A stretch of DNA of 64,000 nucleotides from Vicugna vicugna (taxonomy: Eukaryota). The translations under genes were made by a program, and so were the position numbers. The stretch covers positions 3,871,111 through 3,935,110 of the forward strand of contig MU058824.1 in NCBI GenBank assembly GCA_013265495.1, read 5' to 3'. The notes beneath the pieces are model-generated. The model did not search any database and had not been told where the DNA came from. It saw only the letters and a list, made by a program, of their open reading frames with translations. Below, piece after piece: positions 24,159 through 37,050 of this stretch; position 1 is the stretch's first letter, and each line of letters begins with the position of its first letter.

Positions 24159-24459
24159 AAAAATTCAAACAGAACAAAAAAGCAGCCAGTGAGTCTCCTT
24201 CCCAGCCCAGCCCCAAGGCCTCCAGTTCTATTTCCCATGTATTCTTGCAGTTAACTTATGCATATAATATATAAGCATATATGTACGTAGGGAGGGCGTG
24301 TCTATGTGTGTATATACACATAGCTCTTCATTTAAAATATTTTCAGCCAGAGGATCTAGTTCCTTAATAAAATTTCCCTTTTAAAAAGTCTAATGTTTTC
24401 TTGGCAAAGCTAGAAAGAATGCAAGATTTTTTTTTCAAACCCTGGTTAAGTAGTTATTT

Positions 24460-24940
24460 TCCTGCCTGTAATAGAACAGATTAGCTATGAATGGCTGAAA
24501 ACTCCAGAATCTGAAACTCCAGTGGCTTAAATAAGATGTAAGTTTACTCTCTCTCACAGACGGTGTCTAGAAGTTGGTAACCAGGGGCTGATGTGGTAAC
24601 TTGGCTGCAGGAGGCCCACAGGGACCAGACTCAGGCATCCGAGCCTCTCCCAGGCTGCATCCCTCAGCCCTGAGGTCCAAGATGGCGGTGTCAGGATTCC
24701 AGGCAGCAGGACAGAGGAGACAAAGAAAAGAGAACAGTTGTCCCTTGGAAGCTGGCACCTGACACTCCTACTTATCTCCCATTGTCCAGAGCTGAGTCAC
24801 GTGGCCCCATCTCACTGCAAGGGAGATGGGAGAGGGTGACCTTTATTCTGAGTAGCCCTATTTGTCCAGCAATGAATTCTGTTACTGTGGGAAAAGGCAA
24901 GAATGGATATTGGCACATGAGCAGCAGTTTCTGCCCCATC
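24460..24940. mobile_element. Degenerate MLT1K-like LTR
   Basis: cagtggcttaaataagatgtaagtttactctctctcac...ccattgtccagagctgagtcacgtggcc...gaatggatattgg. Confidence 0.7.
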
Positions 24941-26864
24941 ACCATGTCTCCGTGGCCTATAGCACACCACGTGGGTCAGAGTAGAGACAGTCCTTTATTA
25001 TTTATTCAGTCAATCACTACTGAATAAATGTTTGTTGAACTGAGTTGAAGGGAGGCTTGAGAAGGGTCGACTTGGGTGAAGATGGCAGAGGACCCAGACC
25101 TGCTTCAGAAACTCAGGGGGGATCAGCTGAGAACCCCCCTAGAGAGAACTGTCATCTTCCTGCCTGATTCCCCTCATATCCATGTCAGAAGATCCTCAGC
25201 TGGGGTTCAGTGTCTCCATCTGCACATCAGAGTAGGGGACATAAGGCTGAACCATGTGTTCTCCAGTCCTTTCATCTCAAAAGCTCGATAAATCTGTGAT
25301 TCTCAATGAATCAAGGGCAAGGAGACCAGGAGAACTCAGAGTCAAAACTGAGAGATCAAAGTTACAGAGGGCTCCCTGGGTCTGACTTTCCCTATGGTGA
25401 TCTTCATCCCTCACAAGGCCCTCTGAAAGCCCCTGGGCACTGGATCCTGCTTAGCCAACACTGGTGCCCACCCCAGGGCTGGGAAGAAAGTAGCAAATGA
25501 AATTGCAGAACTCTGGCCACAAGGAGGCACCTGTCATTGGAAATTCTGCCCCCACCCCACCAAGGGAAAGAAGTGTCAGGCTGCCAATGGCAGCAGAAGG
25601 TTTCCAGTGGGAACTATCAAAAATAGTGGCTTGGGGGTCCTTGAGGGATAAACTATGGGGAGGTGGGGAGTGAGGCTTCTGCAAAGAGAAGCCTGCCTGA
25701 CTGATCCAGGAAGCCTTTTTTTGGAGAAAGAAGGATGTTTGGATGAGAATAAACCAAAGGATGTCATTGGTCTTCAAATGGTTTTAGAAACATTGCACAG
25801 CAAATCCGCCAAAAACATGGAATTTTTCAAGAAGCCTTGAGACATTTCCTCATGATAAACTGCAGGGAAAGAAAAAACACATGTGGGGATAAACAGACAC
25901 TACTTTGAATGGTACACAGTAACACTACCTACTTCTCTAGGGACTGGGATTAACTGGTTTAATCAATATTTGATAGTTATTGGCGGAGAGTTGCTTGAGA
26001 GGAAGAAGTTAAGCCATTCAGAACGAAAGCATTGGAAGAGCTCCCGGGCTGCTTGGAGGTTTGAAATGAATCAAGTGCGCTTCAGTCGAAAAAACAGAAC
26101 TGCCTATTGATTTGGGGGAGTAGAAGACACAGCCCCAGGAGCTATGTGGAGATGGGGGCTGCTCCGGGACTCCTCAGAAGCTGAATCTGCTTCACCAAGG
26201 TATTTTTTAATGCAGAATATGCCTATGGAATGTTTGTCCAATCACAGCCCTGGGAGCACGGACATGGTCACAGCGGCTCTAAAATGTACAGGAAGAGAGG
26301 CCAGCTAAGCCCTGCCGACGGTGGTCCAGAAACATCCTCTGTCCCAGGCCAGCCAGTAGACCTCCTTTCGCCAGGATACAGGATACTAGAATTTCCAACC
26401 AACTTTCCCAGCAATTCTGAACCTGGTGAGGGTTTTAATTTTCTACCTGAAAATGTGTGGTTTGAAAAATGTGTGGTTTATACACTGTCACAGAACAAAT
26501 AGAACTGGGATTTATGTTTCACAACTTCCATGGTTTGTTTGAGGTTTTTCCATACGTCTTTGGCAGTCCTATCACATTTCTGACAGTTACATTTTTTTCT
26601 TTCTGGGAAGTTGGGGAGAGGCAGAGAATAGGTTTTCTTTTTCCCCTTTCTCCACTAAGCCTGGCTTGGGAGTATATGTGTGCATTTAGGGACCTACGCC
26701 TGTGTGTCTCTTTTTGAGAGAATATTTGCATGTGTGTGCCCAGAGTGTGGGTGGCTGGTATGCTGGGCTCCAGTGTGTGTACATTTATATATTAACTGTG
26801 GTCACATGTGTTCAGATATGTTTCTGTCACGGTGGTGGTAGTGGTGGTGGTGGGTGTGTGTATC

Positions 26865-27545
26865 TATAATAGAAGCAATTAGCCAATTAGACTTGATTCC
26901 AATTCAGATGTCATTAATGACCAGACTGTTCCCCTTACAACGTCATGCACTGATGTGTATGGGGTCTGCCAGCAATTGAAAAGAGTGGAATTGTTCTCCA
27001 TGTCCCAAATTCCGTGTGTTTTTAATTAATTTTGTATGTATGTTTGGAAGGTTGGCACTTTAATTAAACAGGTGAAGGAAATACTCCCGTTTGTTAGTGG
27101 AGGTCTATTCCTTCACTTTGTGCTGCAGAATCTTCATCAGGAAGTGCTGATCAACATGACATCAATCCCAATAGTTTAACTAATTCCTTTTTCATTATTA
27201 AAGCAGATTTACAACCTTGGAGTCAGGGCGTTGGGGTGGAGTTTTTTTCTCAGTTAGAAAATTCATCTGTATCCTAGAATCAGCTTGTAGCTCAATGTAA
27301 ATTCAGTGTAGAATTTAGTCAGTTATTAAGTGGATTTAAGAGGCTGAACCCTGGTGTAATCTGACCAGCAATGCATGAAGGAAAGAGTTGGAGGTGTAAA
27401 AAATGTCAAATAGCTTTCTCAGATGCATTAAACTATTAATAAAGATAAAACGATCTTTATGTTTGGGGTTTAGAACATCTCTTTTATGATATCGAGAAGC
27501 CACTTTGATTCACGATTCGTTGGCTTCAAGGTCTGGTGTCATTAT
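26865..27545. promoter_or_regulatory. Candidate conserved non-coding element/enhancer
   Basis: Repeat-free AT-rich block with many TAAT/ATTA cores, downstream of a developmental transcription factor gene. Conservation not verified. Confidence 0.4.
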
Positions 27546-27794
27546 TCAGAAGGTGTCAGGAAGAGAACGGAGATGAGCACCTCGGCAGGCGAGGATGGTC
27601 GGGCCCGCTGGGCTGGAGGGGAGATGTGACAGTGAGGGCATGAGGGAAAAGGCGGTGGTGATGGTGCCGCGCCCTGTGGAGCCCTCTGTAGAGGGGTGTC
27701 CTGGCCTCCCTGCAGAGGGCCAGGGATGTGGGGTGTTCTCTAAACTCTCTGTTTGTCCCCTACCCCATCAGGCCATCTCTTTCTTCTGCTCTGT

Positions 27795-28205
27795 CCTGTA
27801 ACCCAGAAGGCTGATCTCTGTGGCCCACATCACTCAGACACCCTGGCCCTCCAGGAGTCACTAGCCAGTGATTGGAGGGAGAGAAGAGGGAATTCATGGG
27901 AGAATTCAGCCTCCACCTATCTCCTTGCCTCAGCCCAGTTCAATGCGGCTGCCTTCTAGAGTTACATCTTCCCACAGTCCCTCTTCCAGGTGCCTGCTCT
28001 TCCAGCCTGCTCTTCCTCCAGGTTCTGGCAACAACATTTCCCCAAGCTCACACCCCGCCCCTCAGCCCAGGCTCCCCATTGCCACCTCGCCATTCCATGT
28101 TGGTCTCCTCAGCCCTCGCTCACACCTCTGCATATAGTCGCATCACTAAACTCTGCTCTGTTGAACTCTGAGTGGGCCGACCATTTTCTCCTGGGACCCT
28201 GACTG
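27795..28205. mobile_element. ERVL LTR (LTR33-like) remnant
   Basis: gaaggctgatctctgtggcccacatcactcagacaccctggccctc...catcactaaactct resembles the LTR33 family. Confidence 0.45.
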
Positions 28206-29439
28206 ATTCAGAGGACCCTTTCCAATAAGAACCAGATTCTGATCCTTCCAGAGTCAGCAGGATGGGGACTGGGGAGCCAGGAAGCAGAAGCCCGGGCACA
28301 ATGCAATTGTTCCATAAGGAATACTGGTGCACGGCCTCTGCATCCACGGCTCCTCAGGAGCTTGTGCTCCATTTACTCTTTCAGCAAACACTGGGTGGGC
28401 AGCTTCCAGCCTGGTTCCATGCTAGACGGGCCCAGCCCGCATGGAGTTTACAGTCCAGGTGGGGACCCCGTGTGTTAAGTGCTATTGCAGGGAGGGCCAG
28501 GGCTCTGAGACGCACGTAGGAGGAGAGGCACTGTGCAGAAAGGCCGGGAGAGGGAAGATTTCCTAGAGGGTGGAATTTCTAAACTGAGAATGTGAAGGAT
28601 GAGAATGGTGTCCCAGAAAAGGAGTTGGGGGAGGGGGCACAGGGAGAGTGGTGTTCCTGGCAGAGAGAACTGCACGCACAAACCCCAGAGATGAGAAAGA
28701 GCTCGGGCATTTGACAACTGCCAGGGCTGCAGGGAGCTGCAGCGCATCAACAAAGGAGGGGGGTCCCAGGTAAAGCTGGAGGGTGGGCAGCCTGGATCCC
28801 AATGCGCTCCCCAACCACGCCTGGCCCCAAGCCCTGCCGGGGGTTCTGCCTTTATTCTGAGGGCCATGAGCACCTCTGGAGCAGGGCGCAGACAGCCAGG
28901 TTTACATTTTGAAAAGGGCCCTCAGTCTACTGGGTGAAGAATGGAAACTGCCCGGAAGCTGGGGACGCCATCAGAGGAACCAAGGTGAGAAAAGTGGGCC
29001 CACGAGATCTAATTCAAAATCCCCTTTCCAGATGGGGACGCAGGGTCCAGAGAAGGGCAGACCTTGCTCAGGTCACACAGGGAGACAGTAGAACTGTATC
29101 TGGACTGCTGAAGTCAGAGATGGAAGGAGAAGCCCGGGTCTGGAGGCCCCCTCATCCCCGAAGGAAGATCCCTATGGGAGGGGCTGTGGGGGCAGATTCT
29201 GAGGCCCTGGCTACCCACAAGTTTCCTTGCCTAGAGGCGGGTAGTCTTTGTATGGGACGGGCCCTACCCTGGCAGGACCTAGATCCTCACCTGGGGGCCC
29301 CCCAGGCACCTCTGCCCAGTGCCAGGGGCTCTGCTCAGGTGACTGGCGCTTCCCACTGAAATCATGGGAATATTAAGCTAATCAAAGCCTTGCCTAGGAA
29401 GGGATGGGGCTGGGAAGGCGGCCCTAACGAGCAGCAGCG

Positions 29440-30440
29440 TGTCACTCCCTCCACCCCGCGCGTCTTGCGCTGTCCCATTTGTCTGGCTGTAATCTACATT
29501 TCAAATGATTACATGGGAAGCTGAAGTGGTAGTGACAAGGATAAACGAAGCTTGTTAAACTAATAGCTGCACTAATGCCCAAATATGTGAACTTCCCGAC
29601 GCAGGCCGCATCCCAGCCTGGCGGAGCTGTCAGCCCCGCTCCCCCGGGCTCCGCCGCCAGCCGCGGCCACATGATGAATGGCCCTGTCGACCAAACTCAT
29701 CCGGGGCCCAATTAAACAGGCAGAAATGAACTGGAGCCGTCAGGCAGCCGGGGAGGGGGGAGGCGGGAGGGGGGAGGCTGAGCCAGACACGCGGGTGGGA
29801 GGGGGGTAGTTAAACCTTATACAGACGGAGAGAAACAGAGAGAGGCAGAGAGGACTAGGGGGTGGGAGAGAGAGAGAGAGAGAGCCGGGGAGAAGAGAGG
29901 GCCAGAGACCCGAGAAAGAGAGAGGTGGCCACAGAGAGAAGAGACACCAGGGTAGGAGGGGAGGACAGAGAGACAGCCACACAAGAGATGGAGCGAGACA
30001 GAGACCCCAAGCGACCAGGAAGGCAGACACTGACACGCAGAGAGAGGCAGAGAGATGGAGAGAAAGGGAGACGCACCCAGGAGAGCGGCACCGGCACCGC
30101 AGGGAGGGCAGAGCAGTCGGTGGGGGAGGGGTGGGGGAGGTGCAGGGGGACGCGGAGACAGGGGTGGGGGCATAAGTCCCGGCAAGGCAAGGCAGCTCTG
30201 CCACGGCAGCGGGGAAGTCGTTCTGTCAGAAAATGGTCATTTAATGGTTTGCCGAGCCCGCGACAGATATGTCATCTGAGTCGGCTCGGCGGCAGTCCCA
30301 GGGCATTTCATTTATTAATTACCAGCTTCCAGCCGGCTCCTTCCGTCCCCTGCCTGGTGCCCATCATAAGCTCAGCCCCGAGGCTGGACACTCCGCAGGC
30401 ACCTCGCCCCATTTTCTGGAGGCGGAGGCCGAGGCCAGAA
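29440..30440. promoter_or_regulatory. CpG-enriched candidate regulatory element
   Basis: Local CpG enrichment with embedded TAAT-rich segments and G-runs. Confidence 0.45.
29820..30072. repeat. GA-rich low-complexity purine tract including (GA)n
   Basis: Strongly purine-biased + strand with an (AG)n run at ~29867-29884. Confidence 0.9.
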
Positions 30441-32556
30441 CCCAGAGCCAGGTGCTGAGCAGGCTCAGGGTCCAGGGCTCCAGCCACCCCACCTCGCCTC
30501 CCCCCACCCACGCTGGGTAGGATCTCCAGAACCAAGCAGGGGGGTAGCCAGCCCCTGTCACCCCCACCACCACCTAAAGGAAAGGGGGTAGGCCTGGAAG
30601 GACCCCTTCTCCTTTTCTTCCCCAGGCATTACACTTTCTGTTTCACAAATAACAGCGTGAATTGCTTGCATAATAATTTTGTGGCCTTTTTCCCTTTTAT
30701 TTAAACTCATTTTTACAGCCATCTGATCCATTATTTCCCCCTTTCAGCCATTTCTAAATCTTTTAAATGTCCTTGACTCTAAATGTCTTTAAATTCAGAC
30801 CCAAGGAGCTAGTCTCCATTTTTAAGGGGTCTCTCACGTGACTCCTTGCCCATGAGAAATGTGTCACCAGGAATGTTTAATAAAACAGGAATGCACACTC
30901 ACATATTGTGTTAGTGCCAGCCCTGCCCTTTCGACTCCACCTGCACACCTGTGCACCTGCCTGGCCTCCGCCTCTCCCTCCCTCCCAACCTCCACCCACC
31001 TTCCAAGCCGACCTGGAGATGCCATTAAGGAAGGGAAACTGCAGGAGCATCTCCCTGCCCTCAGAGTCAGGGACCCCTCAGGGCCCCAAGATCAAGAATC
31101 CTCCAGGAAGAAGAAACGCTGTGAAATCCCTGCTCTGTACAGATTGCCTTTTCAAAATGATGGCTCCAGCTAGGGTTGGACTAACTCTCTCAGAGGCCCC
31201 GGGTAGGTAAGACATTGCTGAGGGAGAGGTGGGGGAAGCGGAGGGGTTGGTCTGAATCTTTCACCTCCATGACTATCCCTGAAATCTCCAGATGTCTCCT
31301 CACAAATTTCACATGCCCCATGTCTACAAGTGAACTAACCTCCTCCAAAGCTGCCTCCCTGGGCTCCCATTCCACCGACAGCATCTGCTGCCTCTGTCCT
31401 CCCCTTGGGTGCAGCTGGTGACCCACCTACCTCTCCTGGGTCACCAAATGCCACTCAGCCAGCCTTTCAGTCTTCCCAACTGTCTATCGCCCCATCAACT
31501 CCACATCCATAATCTCCCTTGGGTTTAGGCACCGGCTTGACCCCGTTGTCCTCCACACCACATCTTGGGGGCCTTTCCCCAGGGCTAACATCCCTTGCCT
31601 AATGTCCTTTGGAGCCTCCCCTTGCCCTTGAGGAAGAATTCAGACTCCTTTTCAATCTTCAAGGCCCTGCCGTCTTTGCCCCTCATCTCTTGCCCTTCCC
31701 ACTTGCTCAATGCTCCAACCATTCTGGCCTTTTCTTTTCCTGTATCTCTGACTAGGATACTCTTCTCTGTGACCTGTAGGGACATGTCAGAGACAAATTG
31801 GATGCTTGAGGGGTCCGTGGATGGGAGTGAGCCCTGAGTCACAGGAAGTGTACAGTGGCCGGAGGAGCACTCTCGTGGCTTTAGGGAGGAGCTCCAGCAC
31901 AGGACGGGAGTCTTGGCTCAGGGACCTTTCAGGACCTTCTGGCCCAGGGTCTCTGTGACTCTGTGAGTCGGCTTCTTAGAAATCACAGCTGGCAAATGCC
32001 CTCAGTGTAGGCCCCTGTCAGAGGGACCAGGGCCAGGCGCTTCAGAAATACTGAACTTTACTTCATTCCTAACCCCATCACAAGCCACATGCTCCACTCT
32101 TCAGTCCTCAGGGAGAAACTGGTGGGGGCAGAACTCACATGCTCCCTGTAGGGCATCCTGTGCTTATGGGGGCAGTGAGTGTCTCCTGCAATGTGATTTA
32201 ACTAAGGGAGAGCTGTTATTACAGGAGGGGGGCCGTAGTCCATGAGATCTACCAGCAGACATTGCCCCTCTCATTGTAGAGATGGGTAATCTGAGGTCCA
32301 GAGAGAGGAAAGGACTGGTTGAAGATCACAGAGTGAGCTGGGGGCAGGCCCAGAGCCAAAGTCCAGGTCACCTGCCCTCCCTCCAAGGCTCTTCCCCCAA
32401 AATAAGAGAGCCACCAACCCCTCTACATTAAATCCCCCTGGAGGAGCTACTAGACCTCTACTGAAAGCAGAACTCTGCAGCTTTAATTAATTTTGTCATA
32501 TGGAAATTATTGACCATGCCGGTCTTCAAAAGCTCATTAAAATACATGTATGTGTA

Positions 32557-32619
32557 TAATAATAGTAGTAGTAGTAGTAGTAGTAGTAGCAGCAGCAACA
32601 GCAGCAGCAGCAGTAGCAG
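32557..32619. repeat. Compound trinucleotide repeat (TAA)2(TAG)9 followed by an imperfect CAG run
   Basis: Seen directly in the sequence. Confidence 0.95.
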
Positions 32620-32621
32620 CA

Positions 32622-32730
32622 CAGCGCATGCTTAGCATGCATGAGGTCCTGGGTTCAATCCCCAGTACCTCCTCTAAAATTAAATAAACCTAATAACCCC
32701 CCCCCACAGTCAAAATAAAATAATTTTTTA
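32622..32730 (+). mobile_element. tRNA-derived SINE (Vic-1-like), 5' end missing
   Basis: agcgcatgcttagcatgcatgaggtcctgggttcaatccccagtacctcc...aaataaacctaataacccccccc. The gggtatagctca head is absent. Confidence 0.88.
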
Positions 32731-33632
32731 AAGTGGTCAGTGAACATGAATTTAACTATCAGCAGATGCACAATTTAATGGGAGTCCCAGGCTCTACACA
32801 TAGCTATACCTAAGACAGGAACCTAGGGTCCCAATCCAAGCTGGGCCAAGAACTGAAAAATTTTAATACCCACAGAGAACATTCCCTAATCCAGGCACAC
32901 TAGGGCTGCAGAAATGAATGAAACAATGCCCCCTGCCCTTGGGGAGCGTATAGTACAGTTGTCCTGGGTGAGCTGTTCTGACCCATCACCTCTCCAATGG
33001 GGTATGACATCGTTCTCAAGTTTTATTGCTACAAGATGGGCTTACTCAACTCCTCAGTAAATAGCATTATACAAGCGTCATGCACACATATGCAAATCCA
33101 GAGTGGACCATAACCCCCAGGGTGTTAGAGTGTTTGATGGTATGGCCATGGGAAGGCGAGCCAGGAGCCAGCTTTAAAAACAATATTTATTTATTTATTA
33201 CAATTGGCAGAGCAATGGAGAAAATTGCCACTTAGATAGGATTGTACATTTTGCAAAGTGTTTTGTAATCAGCACAATTTCTCCCAACAATTCTCAAGGA
33301 CAAGCTGTTTTTGTCATTGCCATTTGCAGGCAAGGAGAAGACAGTGGGGAGAAGTAAAGGAAAGTGCTGGGCTTTTCCTTTCCAGAGCACAAGCTGAAAG
33401 GAGAACTCTGGCTTAACTGAATCAAGCACTTTGTTTGAATGTCTGCTGTGTGCTGGGCTCTGGGGATTTGGTTGTACACAAAACGTGTATAAGATTCTGG
33501 GCTCTGGCTCACCCTGGTTTCTCTGGGGATATATATCCTTTGTCTCACTGAGAGAAGAAAACAATGTGTTCTCTTACATTGCCTCCACCTACCATTTCAC
33601 TTAGCTATCTCTCTTTTAAAACTCCATCAAGT

Positions 33633-34055
33633 TGTATTAGTCAAGATAGGCTAGATAGTCTGCTGTAACAAATGATCCCCAAATCTCAGTGCCTTAAAAC
33701 AACAAAATTTTATTTCTGCCTCAAGCCATATGTTCATTGTGGGTTAGCAGTGGGGTTTCTGCTCATTGTAGACACTCAGAGATCCAAGCAGATGGAGTAG
33801 CTTTCATCTTAAACATCATTGGTTAATGTTTGAGGAAACTGGTTAATGCAAGAGGAAACAGAGCTCTGGAGACTCCTGCATCACTGCCCTGGTTCAGAAG
33901 TGATACATATCATTTCAGCACTCAATTATTGGCTGAAACCAATCACAGGGCCCCACCCAGCCATGAGGTATCTGGGAAATGCAAAGCCACATTGTGCCCA
34001 GAAGGTGGGATGACCAGAAGTACTTGGCAAACAGCACTAATAACTGCTATGCAAG
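33633..34055. mobile_element. MLT1 (J/K/L-like) LTR
   Basis: tgtattagtcaagataggct...gctgtaacaaatgatccccaaatctcagtgccttaaaacaacaaaattttattt. Confidence 0.75.
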
Positions 34056-34269
34056 TTAAATTTCATCCATGCCAAGAAGGAAAAAAAGTAAAGCCAATTC
34101 TTCAGTTTCTTTTTAGGTTTGGAAAAAATATCAACTCTGTGGGTAGAAGGAACTTTTGCAACTGATTATTTGTGCTTTTTTTTCAAGGCAAAAAACCCCA
34201 GCAACTTGAGATCTGTGCAAAGACTGACTTTTACCAAAATCAAGAGTTTCTTGGGATGTATGGAAGAAG

Positions 34270-36126
34270 AAATTCTGGCTAGTGCAGTAAGACAAGAAAA
34301 ATAAAAGGCATATAGATTGCAAAGGAAGAACTAAAACTGTCTCCATTTGCAGATGATGTGACTGTATAGATGGGAGATCTTAAAGAATCCACAAAGAAAA
34401 AAGCTGCTAGAACTAATAAATGAATTTAGAATAACACAATATACATAAAAATCAACTGTACTTACATACATTGGGAGTGAACTAGAAAATTATATTAAAA
34501 ATAAACATAATTTACAAGAGCATCTAACGATGTCAAACACTTAAGGATAAATTTTGCAAAACATGTGGAAGTCTTCTACGCTGATACTATAAAACAATGC
34601 TGAAAGAAACTTAAAAAGACCTAAATAAACAGAGTAAATTATAACTTGAATGAAAAATCATGGATTAGAAGACTAATAGGAATATTATTACAATATCAGT
34701 TTTCTTCAGTTAATCTAAAAATCTAATGTCATCCCAATCAAGATGACTTCAAATTTTATTTGGAAAGACAAAGGACTAATAGCCAAAGCAATCTTGAAAA
34801 TGAGTTACAAAATGAAGAGTCCTATCAGATCTTCAGACACTGTAAAACTATAAATAAAAACCAAAACAGTGTGATTTTGGTGAAAAGATAGAAAATAAAT
34901 CTTTGGAAAAGAATAGAGGGTCCAGACATAGGTCAACACCCCCATATTGTCACTTGGTTTTTAACAAGAGTGCCAAAGCAATTAAATGAGGAAAGGAAAA
35001 TGTCTTTGACAAACAGTGCTGAAACAACTGGATACCCATATAAAAAGTGAAGAACCTGGACCCCATCTCACACCATACACAAAACTAAATTCGAAGTGGA
35101 TTATAGACCTCAAAGTAAAAGTGAAAACAGGAAAACATAGGAGAATATCTTTATGACCAAAGATTTCTTAGGAAGGACACATAAAGCATAAATCACACAC
35201 AGAAAAAAAGAGAGAAAATGAACTTGATCAAAATTAAAACTTCTAATCATCAAAAAACTGCCATCAAGAAAATAAATAGGTAAGCCATAGAATAAAGAGA
35301 AGATATTTATACACATTTATCTGACAAAAGACTGTATCCAGAATATAGAAACTCCTACAACCCAATAATAAAGACATGCAGCACAGTTGTTGTTTTTTTT
35401 TAATAGACAAAAGACTTGAATGAACACTTCACAGAAGAAGATATATAAATGGGCTAAAGAGCGCCTGGAAAGTCATTTAACATCATTAGTCATCAGAAAA
35501 ATACAAATCAAAACCACAATGATATATCTCTACACACTGTCTAGAATGGCTAAAATGATAAAGTCTAACAACACCAGATGCTGGAGATGTAGAGCAACTG
35601 TAACTTGTGTGGTTTAGAGTGTAATAAAATAGTACAACCACTTTTGAAATTTTTTTTTGCAATTTCTCAAACAGCTAATTGAGGAACCAGTACTCCTAGG
35701 TATTCATCCAAGGGATATTAAAACACATGTCTACAAGAAGACTAGTACAAGAATTGTCATAGAAATTTTTATCAATAATAGTTTAAAACTAGAAACAACC
35801 TAGATATCTATTACCAGGAGAATGAATTGGTAAGCTGGGGTATAGCTATCCAGTAGAATACCACTCAACAATACAAAGGAACCAGCTACATATACATGAA
35901 TCTCAAAAATACTGTGATGAAGAAAAGAAGCCAGACACAAAAAGTATATAATGTATGATTCCATTCATTCTAGAAATGGATCTATGTTAATAGAACTCAG
36001 ATTAGTGGTTGCTTTGGGAAAGAGTGGGGATTGCCTAGAAATGTTTTTTCTTGATATGCATCCATGAAAACTGATGGTGGGATACACTTAAGATCTGAGC
36101 GGTTCACTGTATGCAAATTATACCTT
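34270..36126 (+). mobile_element. 5'-truncated, decayed L1 (L1M-type): RT/C-terminal ORF2 plus 3'UTR
   Basis: A-rich. The RT catalytic motif FADD is encoded at 34346-34357 (tttgcagatgat). Multiple stops and frameshifts. Ends ttcactgtatgcaaattatacct. Confidence 0.92.
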
Positions 36127-36394
36127 ATGGGTCAACCCTGATCTGCAAGGAAAGCTGGGAAATGTTCTCCTGATGCTCAAAACCAAATCAGGATTCTGTC
36201 ACTAAGTAAAAGGGGAGAATAGAAATTGGGCAGGAACCACACACACACACACACAACTTACACACGATGTGCCACACTTGTTCTCAGAGCATCGTACCTA
36301 AGCTCATTTAATCCTCACAGTGACCATTAATATAGCCATTTTGCAAGTGACAGATCTCTGCTGCAGAGAGTATCGAAACTCAGTGCTATGGCAT

Positions 36395-36620
36395 TTGGAG
36401 GACTGGTTGAAGGAATTAGAGGTGTTTACTCTGGAGAATATAAAATTAAGAAAACCCAAGAGCTGATTACAAATTCCTTTAGATCACAGGGAAAGGGGCT
36501 CAGAGTTCTTCTGAGTGGCCCCAAAGGTTGAGGATAAGATCCATGGGAAGCAGATACAGCATCAGGGTCTAATTCCACAAGAGGAAAAATGTTCTATGCA
36601 CAGCTGCCCTTTCCTCAGAG
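36395..36620 (+). mobile_element. CR1/L3 fragment
   Basis: ggttgaaggaattagaggtgtttactctggagaa resembles the CR1 3' ORF2 region. Confidence 0.55.
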
Positions 36621-36799
36621 CTCCTCCAGAGTCCAGTGAAGGAAAGATGGCTGATCCCATCCCCATTCCACAGATTGGGAGATTGAAGCTGGAGGAGGTC
36701 ACATGACTCATCACACACTTAGTGACAGAGTCAGGGAAAGAGCCCAATGCTCTGTCTTGTTCACTCTATCTGTCCCAAGTGAGTGGCACCTGAGAAGGC

Positions 36800-37050
36800 A
36801 GTATGGCTCCGTGGGTAAGCATGGAGACTCGGGTCACACAGACCTGGGTTAGTGTCTCCACCACTAACAGGCTGGGTCACTCTTGGTTAGTGAGCCTTTC
36901 TGGTCCTTAGTTTTCTCATCTGTAAAATGGGAATGATAAGAATTGTAGCTATCTCATCAGACTGATGGGAGGACTGATTGAGAGGATGCGTGTGAAACAG
37001 CACAGCTTCTGACACACAGCAAGTGCTTAGGAAACAGTGGTTATTTATTG
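36800..37050 (+). mobile_element. MIR SINE
   Basis: ccttagttttctcatctgtaaaatgggaatgataa core. Confidence 0.8.

Noticed and set aside
29862..30458. 198-aa Arg/Glu-rich ORF
   Set aside because: A by-product of the stop-poor GA-rich tract.
33090..33097. Octamer ATGCAAAT as a B-cell OCT2 site (also 26724-26731 and 36111-36118)
   Set aside because: About two matches are expected by chance in 64 kb on both strands, and one lies inside an L1.
34270..36126. Active L1 or domesticated reverse transcriptase
   Set aside because: 5'-truncated with many stops and frameshifts; no long ORF.
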